A stretch of 64,000 bases of DNA from Polyangia bacterium (GTDB lineage Bacteria > Myxococcota_A > Polyangia > Fen-1088), in assembly GCA_036494575.1 (NCBI GenBank), contig DASXOE010000154.1, positions 17,345 to 81,344 of the forward strand. Reading direction: 5' to 3'. Positions 59,359 through 64,000 of this stretch are shown in pieces. Position numbers and translations under genes: made by a program. Under the pieces are notes generated by a model. That model had not been told where the DNA came from. It saw only the letters and a program-made list of their open reading frames with translations, and made no database searches. Within the stretch, counting starts at the first letter, position 1; the number at the start of each line of letters is the position of its first letter.

Positions 59359-60131
59359 GTCGTCGCCTCGGGCGCGGGCGCGCGCGGCGCGGCCGCCAGC
59401 GCCGCCACGAGGCTCAGAAACGCTTCCTCGAGGCTGCTCGCTCCGCCCGCGCGCGCGCGCAGCTCGGCGGGGCTGCCCTCGGCGATGAGTCGGCCCTCGT
59501 GCAGAAGGCCGATGCGGTCGCAGAGGAGCTCCGCCTCGGCGAGGTAGTGCGTCGAGAAGATCACGGCCTTGCCGCGGTCGCGCTCGCCGCGCACGAAGTC
59601 GCGCAGGAAGCGCGAGGCGAGGACGTCGAGGCCGACCGTCGGCTCGTCGAGGATGAGCACGGCCGGGTCGTGCAGGACGGCGCGCGCCACCGAGAGGCGT
59701 TGGCGCTGCCCCGTCGAGAGGGCCTCGCAGCGTCGGTCGAGGAAAGGCTCGAGATCGAGCCCACGGGCGAGCAGCGCCGTGCGCGCGGCGATGTCGGCGT
59801 CTGACATCCCGTGCAGGCGGCCGAAGTAGCGCAGAAGCTCGCGGCCCGACAGGCGCGCGTAGAGGCCCGTCGAGCCCGTGAGGAACCCGAGCTGGCGCCG
59901 CGCGCCCTGCGGGTCGCGCGCGACGTCGACGCCCGCGAGCTCGGCGCGGCCCTCCGTGGGCACGAGGATGGCCGCGAGCACGCGCAGCGTCGTGGTCTTC
60001 CCGGCGCCGTTCGGGCCGAGCAGGCCGTAGATCTCGCCGGGCGCGACGCTGAACGACAGATCGTCGACGGCGAGCGCCGCGCCGAAGCGCTTCGTGAGGT
60101 GCAGGACTGCGACGCCGGAGGAGCTCGTCAT
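59355..60131 (-). CDS. ABC transporter ATP-binding protein
   Basis: Walker A GPNGAGKTT, signature LSTGQRQR, Walker B ILDEPT. ATGA-coupled to the permease-CPBP gene. Confidence 0.9.
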   Translation of the reverse strand: MTSSSGVAVLHLTKRFGAALAVDDLSFSVAPGEIYGLLGPNGAGKTTTLRVLAAILVPTEGRAELAGVDVARDPQGARRQLGFLTGSTGLYARLSGRELLRYFGRLHGMSDADIAARTALLARGLDLEPFLDRRCEALSTGQRQRLSVARAVLHDPAVLILDEPTVGLDVLASRFLRDFVRGERDRGKAVIFSTHYLAEAELLCDRIGLLHEGRLIAEGSPAELRARAGGASSLEEAFLSLVAALAAAPRAPAPEATT

Positions 60132-60168
60132 GGGGCGCCGCGCGGGCGGCGCACCGGAGCTTGGACCA

Positions 60169-62223
60169 TTAACAGTCGTTGTTGAAGCAGACTTCGATGG
60201 GGGCCGCCGGCGGCAGCGCGAACGTGCGCGCCGTGCAGGCCGTGGGCGTGACCGTGTCGGTGGCCTTGTTGTAAGTGCCCGTGCAGCTCGGCATCGGCCC
60301 TGCGTTCGCTGGCGGCTTGGCGCACCAGCCCATCTTGTCGCTGTAGTCGACCCAGACGCGGATGGGCATCGACGTGCTGAGGTTCCCGTTCAGGTCGGCC
60401 GTCGCGACGGCGACGCAGCGCCAGCCGCTTTGCGGAACGTTGTTGGCGAGCGTGTCGAGCTGACTTCCAAAGCAGTACCTCGGGTCGTCGGGCGCGATGG
60501 GCTCGACGGCCCAGATGGCCGACAGGCCGCCCGCGTAGCTGATGGCGACCGTCGGCTGCTCGACGTGGCAGATGTTGACGGGCGGATTGAGGTCCATGCC
60601 GGGCAAGCAGTCGAGCCCGCCCGGAAGGGTCGGGTCGGGCGTGAAGTCGCCCGCGCCAGCGGGCGGCACGGGCCTCATGCGGATCTTGAGGACCTGGCGC
60701 GGCGCCCCCGTGAGCGGCGTCGTCGTCGGGACGAGCTTCGGGTTGATGACGTCGCAATTCCCGTCACCGTCATTGTCGACCACGAGGGGCTGCGAGGTGT
60801 CAGCCAGCACGTACGCCGCCGTCACGGCCGGGTCGATGCCCGAGATGGGATCCTGTTTGAGGCCAGTCGCGTGGTTTCCAGTGTCCTGGATGCGCGCGCG
60901 CAGATCGAACAGCTGCGGGACGAGGCAGCCGTCGTCGGGGGAATCGCCCGAGATGAGGTTGTTGCTGAGGGGGTCGAAGGCGAACGAGCAGCGCAGGCCA
61001 TCGGCGATCTTGCTGACGCGGATCTGCGGCGGCACGAGATCGGCGATGGGCGGCAGGTTGTCGACGGCGATCTCGTAGGCGAGCGCCGTCTCGTTCCCGA
61101 GCGCGTCGGCCGCGCGGAACGAGACCGTGGGCCGCACGATGCACAGGCTCTGGCTGGGCGGCAGCTTGCACTGCGTGAGGAGCTTGGTGTCGAAGAGCGC
61201 GCTGAAGGCGCCCGTCTGATCGAGCGTGAGCGGCAGCTTGAACTGGGGATCGGCCGCGTCGCCGATGAGGACCTGCAGCGTCGAGGTGTCGAGCCCCGCG
61301 CCGTCGGAGATGTTGGCCGCGAGGCGGATGACCTGGCCCACGATCGAGCCAGGCGTTGGCAGGGACATCGTGATGTCGGGCCCCGTGAGGTCGACGTTGA
61401 AGACGAACTTGATGTCGGTCGCCGTGCCCCTGGCGTCCTTGGCCGAGATCTCGAGGAGCTGGTCGCCCGTGAGCGCGACGGGCATCGCGAGATCGAAGAC
61501 CGCGCGGTATTCGTTGGCGGGTCCGGCGGGCTGCAACGTGATCGGGGTCGCGGCGATCGAGCCCCCGATCGCCGCGGCCGGGCCGTACATGCCCGGGTCG
61601 ATGATGGCCTGGACGATGATGCTGCCCTTGTAGTGGTGGCCGGGGACGGGCGAGAGCACGGTGATCGTCGGGCCGCCGTCGATCTTGACGCTCACGGATT
61701 TCGAGCCCGCGAGGTTGGTCGAGCTGCGCGCCGTCACGGTCAGCGTGTAGTCCCCCGTGGCGAGCCCCGCGAGCGCGAGCTTGCCGGTATAGAGGTTGTC
61801 GCCCGAGGGGCCCACGAGCGGCGCCGCGCTCGAGCCGCCGCGGCCGACGAGCGACACGCGCACCGTCGACGGATCGACGAGGTCCGTGCCGTCCTTGATC
61901 GTGACCTTGGCGCTGACGTCGGCGGGCCCGTTGACGCTGAGGATCGTGCCGTCGGCCGGCGCCTGGATCGCGATCTCGACGGTCCCGCTGGGGACGCCCG
62001 CGTCCACCATCCCGCCCAAGCCTCCGATGCGGCCCGCGAGGCCACCCCCGATGAGGCCCCCGCCGATCCCGGCCGTCCCCGCCGCCGCGGCGTCGGTGCT
62101 CGGGTTGTACATCGGGTACGGGGCGGCGTTCTTGTTTCCACAGGCCGCGAGCGCGCCCACGACCAACAGCGACGCGACGAGCGCGCCGCGCGCGGGCGAA
62201 GGCCCTCGAATGGGCGCGCTCAC
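60169..62223 (-). CDS. Large secreted lipoprotein with multiple Ig-like/cadherin-like beta domains
   Basis: GTG start with signal peptide and lipobox (LLVVGALAACG). Repeated beta-rich ~90-aa segments. Cys-rich C-terminus. GTGA overlap with the upstream gene's stop. Confidence 0.6.
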   Translation of the reverse strand: MSAPIRGPSPARGALVASLLVVGALAACGNKNAAPYPMYNPSTDAAAAGTAGIGGGLIGGGLAGRIGGLGGMVDAGVPSGTVEIAIQAPADGTILSVNGPADVSAKVTIKDGTDLVDPSTVRVSLVGRGGSSAAPLVGPSGDNLYTGKLALAGLATGDYTLTVTARSSTNLAGSKSVSVKIDGGPTITVLSPVPGHHYKGSIIVQAIIDPGMYGPAAAIGGSIAATPITLQPAGPANEYRAVFDLAMPVALTGDQLLEISAKDARGTATDIKFVFNVDLTGPDITMSLPTPGSIVGQVIRLAANISDGAGLDTSTLQVLIGDAADPQFKLPLTLDQTGAFSALFDTKLLTQCKLPPSQSLCIVRPTVSFRAADALGNETALAYEIAVDNLPPIADLVPPQIRVSKIADGLRCSFAFDPLSNNLISGDSPDDGCLVPQLFDLRARIQDTGNHATGLKQDPISGIDPAVTAAYVLADTSQPLVVDNDGDGNCDVINPKLVPTTTPLTGAPRQVLKIRMRPVPPAGAGDFTPDPTLPGGLDCLPGMDLNPPVNICHVEQPTVAISYAGGLSAIWAVEPIAPDDPRYCFGSQLDTLANNVPQSGWRCVAVATADLNGNLSTSMPIRVWVDYSDKMGWCAKPPANAGPMPSCTGTYNKATDTVTPTACTARTFALPPAAPIEVCFNNDC

Positions 62224-62984
62224 TTCGACGCGACCACCGACGGGCAGACGAGCTGCCCCGCCGATTCGCAGCAGCCGACGCCTTGGTCCTGCCCGATGTT
62301 GCAGGCCGACCCCGTGGCGGCCGCGACGGGACAGGCGCCTTGATCGACGACGAGGCACCCATCGCAGAGCTCGATCGGATACTTGAACGCATCGGACCGC
62401 ACGGTGCCGACGAGCGTGCTTCCCCGTGCGTGCACCGTCGCCAAGACCCAGAAGTGATTCGTCGCCGTCAAGACGTTCATCTCCCGGATCTTGCCCACGA
62501 GATCGCCGGGAACGACGCTGACGCTCGAGGCGGTGTTCCCGCCTCCGGACGCCACCGAGCCCGACGTCAGCGTGCTGAACGCGACGAGAGGATCGGCGGG
62601 CGCTCCCGCCGGCCGCAAGGTGCTGTTGAAGAGATCCGTGATGGCGCCGGGCGGCGAATCGGCCGGCAGGCTGACGTCGACATCGAAGCCCGAGATCGCG
62701 ATGCGGTTCGCGTCGACGGTCTGACCACCGGTGGGCGCCGGGAAATCGTTCTGGAGGACCGGGAAGAGCTCATAGCCGCCCGAGAGGCGCACGTCGAGGA
62801 CGCCCTCGCCGCGGTAGATGGCGCCGAGTCCGGCGGGGATCGTGCAGTCGGCGTTCGGAACCTGGTTCTGAACGATGATGAATTCTCCCGGAGGCGTCCC
62901 GGAGCATCCGTTGATGCACAACAACGAAAGCGCTCCGAGCACGGCCCACCTTGCGACGGTCGTCTGCCTCGTCTGCCTGATCAT
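62220..62984 (-). CDS. Hypothetical lipoprotein
   Basis: Signal peptide plus lipobox (LLCINGCSG). Cys-rich C-terminus. Translationally coupled to the large lipoprotein gene. Confidence 0.55.
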   Translation of the reverse strand: MIRQTRQTTVARWAVLGALSLLCINGCSGTPPGEFIIVQNQVPNADCTIPAGLGAIYRGEGVLDVRLSGGYELFPVLQNDFPAPTGGQTVDANRIAISGFDVDVSLPADSPPGAITDLFNSTLRPAGAPADPLVAFSTLTSGSVASGGGNTASSVSVVPGDLVGKIREMNVLTATNHFWVLATVHARGSTLVGTVRSDAFKYPIELCDGCLVVDQGACPVAAATGSACNIGQDQGVGCCESAGQLVCPSVVASK

Positions 62985-63194
62985 GGGTGTATCGCGCTCC
63001 AAAGTGGTCGAGACGGGTGGCGAGGCAGGTGGAACGGAGAATGGTGCCGGCAACAACTTATCAGAGTCGATTTCGCTCCGTGACAAACTTTCGGCGTCCG
63101 ACCACGCCACACATGTCGGAGAACATGCCGCAAATCGCAGACTTGCCGATGGAATGAAGTTGACGCTGGCGGGAATCGCCCGCTCAATGAAGCT

Positions 63195-63356
63195 GTGAAG
63201 CAGCTCGAGCGCCTGGCGCGGGACGAGTCCGCGGCGACCGCAGTGGAATACAGCTTGATTCTCGGCGGGATCGCGGCGGCGATCATCGTCATGATGTACG
63301 TGTTCGGTGGCAAGGTTAATAACCTTTACGACAACACGCAGTCACGTTGGCCGTGA
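63195..63356 (+). CDS. flp: Flp/Fap-family type IVb pilin (copy 1, GTG start, 53 aa)
   Basis: VKQLERLARDESAATAVEYSLILGGIAAAIIVMMYVFGG matches the Flp signature (DE-x-G/A-AT-A-VEY-x-LI). Below the 60-aa cutoff of the ORF track. GTG is the only in-frame start. Confidence 0.5.
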   Translation: MKQLERLARDESAATAVEYSLILGGIAAAIIVMMYVFGGKVNNLYDNTQSRWP

Positions 63357-63563
63357 CGCTGTTGTCCCATTTCTTTCTGGGGCGCAGGGTTGGGTCCGCT
63401 CAAGTCCCCGCGCGCGCGCCCGATGATGTCTGTTGTGAGTTCCCTTTCTCTTTTTTGACGACTTGCTCTTAGCCGCTTGAACTTTCGTTTCGACGCTTGG
63501 TGGTCAAGCGGCGGAGCGATGAACCCGTCCGCTCCGCTCAATTTTCGATACAAGGAGAATCCC

Positions 63564-63728
63564 ATGCTCAAGAACCTCAAGAAGCTCATCAAGGATGAGG
63601 AAGGCGCGACGGCCGTCGAGTACGGCCTCATCGTCGCCGCGATCGCCGGGCTCATCATCGTGGTCGTCTTCCTGCTCGGCAACAAAGTGAACAACGCGTT
63701 CTCCAAAGTCGCCAGCGCGATGCCGTAA
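63564..63728 (+). CDS. flp: Flp/Fap-family type IVb pilin (copy 2)
   Basis: MLKNLKKLIKDEEGATAVEYGLIVAAIAGLIIVVVFLLG is a canonical Flp prepilin. GGAGAA SD 4 nt upstream of the ATG. Confidence 0.8.
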   Translation: MLKNLKKLIKDEEGATAVEYGLIVAAIAGLIIVVVFLLGNKVNNAFSKVASAMP

Positions 63729-63790
63729 GGCCCGCGAAGACAACCCGAAATCAACTCCGTAGAAATGATCAGGAGCCGGGAGCGCCAGAT

Positions 63791-64000
63791 TTGACGTTCC
63801 CGGTTCCGCACCTCCTTTGCTTGGGGGTGATTGTCGTGATTGGTGCCGTCTGGGATCTGGCGAAACGTCGCATCCCGAACCTCGTGACGGGAGCGGCCGC
63901 CGTGCTGGGGCTCGTCGCGCAGCTCGTCGATCGGGGCTGGCTGTCGGCGGCCTCGGGGCTCGTGGCGGCGGTCGTGAGCGTGGCGCTGCTCTACCGGCCG
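63791..64000 (+). CDS. tadV: Tad/Flp prepilin peptidase CpaA/TadV (A24 family), 5' partial; continues past the window end
   Basis: LLCLGVIVVIGAVWDLAKRRIPN is the hallmark N-terminus of CpaA/TadV. Start codon (TTG or GTG) uncertain. Confidence 0.6.
   Translation, partial: MTFPVPHLLCLGVIVVIGAVWDLAKRRIPNLVTGAAAVLGLVAQLVDRGWLSAASGLVAAVVSVALLYRP

Overview
Very high-GC (~70-72%) chromosomal window, almost certainly from a myxobacterium. The evidence is a MYXO-CTERM-type sorting tail on one protein, many lipoproteins and secreted repeat proteins, and long spurious Arg/Ala-rich antisense ORFs in every frame. I support about 65 genes. Housekeeping genes (gpmI, rlmH-rsfS, hisD, def, murJ, nadE, leuB, manB/manC, an ECF sigma/anti-sigma pair, a prepilin peptidase) are interleaved with accessory secreted proteins. 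The most unusual locus is a compact, translationally coupled ethanolamine ammonia-lyase operon on the minus strand: DUF3565, eutB, eutC, a EutL-type shell domain fused to a PduO-type cob(I)alamin adenosyltransferase domain, and a SAM methyltransferase. There is no other microcompartment machinery in the window. Other points of interest: an ~88-nt intergenic repeat bounded by CTAG at both ends that supplies stop codons to its flanking genes; a strongly SD-preceded 57-aa internal-repeat peptide; a candidate pterin-type operon; an ABC-2 permease fused to a CPBP protease; and two tandem Flp pilin genes plus tadV at the right edge. Coordinates come from the supplied ORF track with starts refined by residue counting. 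Where I read positions off the sequence lines, expect an uncertainty of one or two bases.
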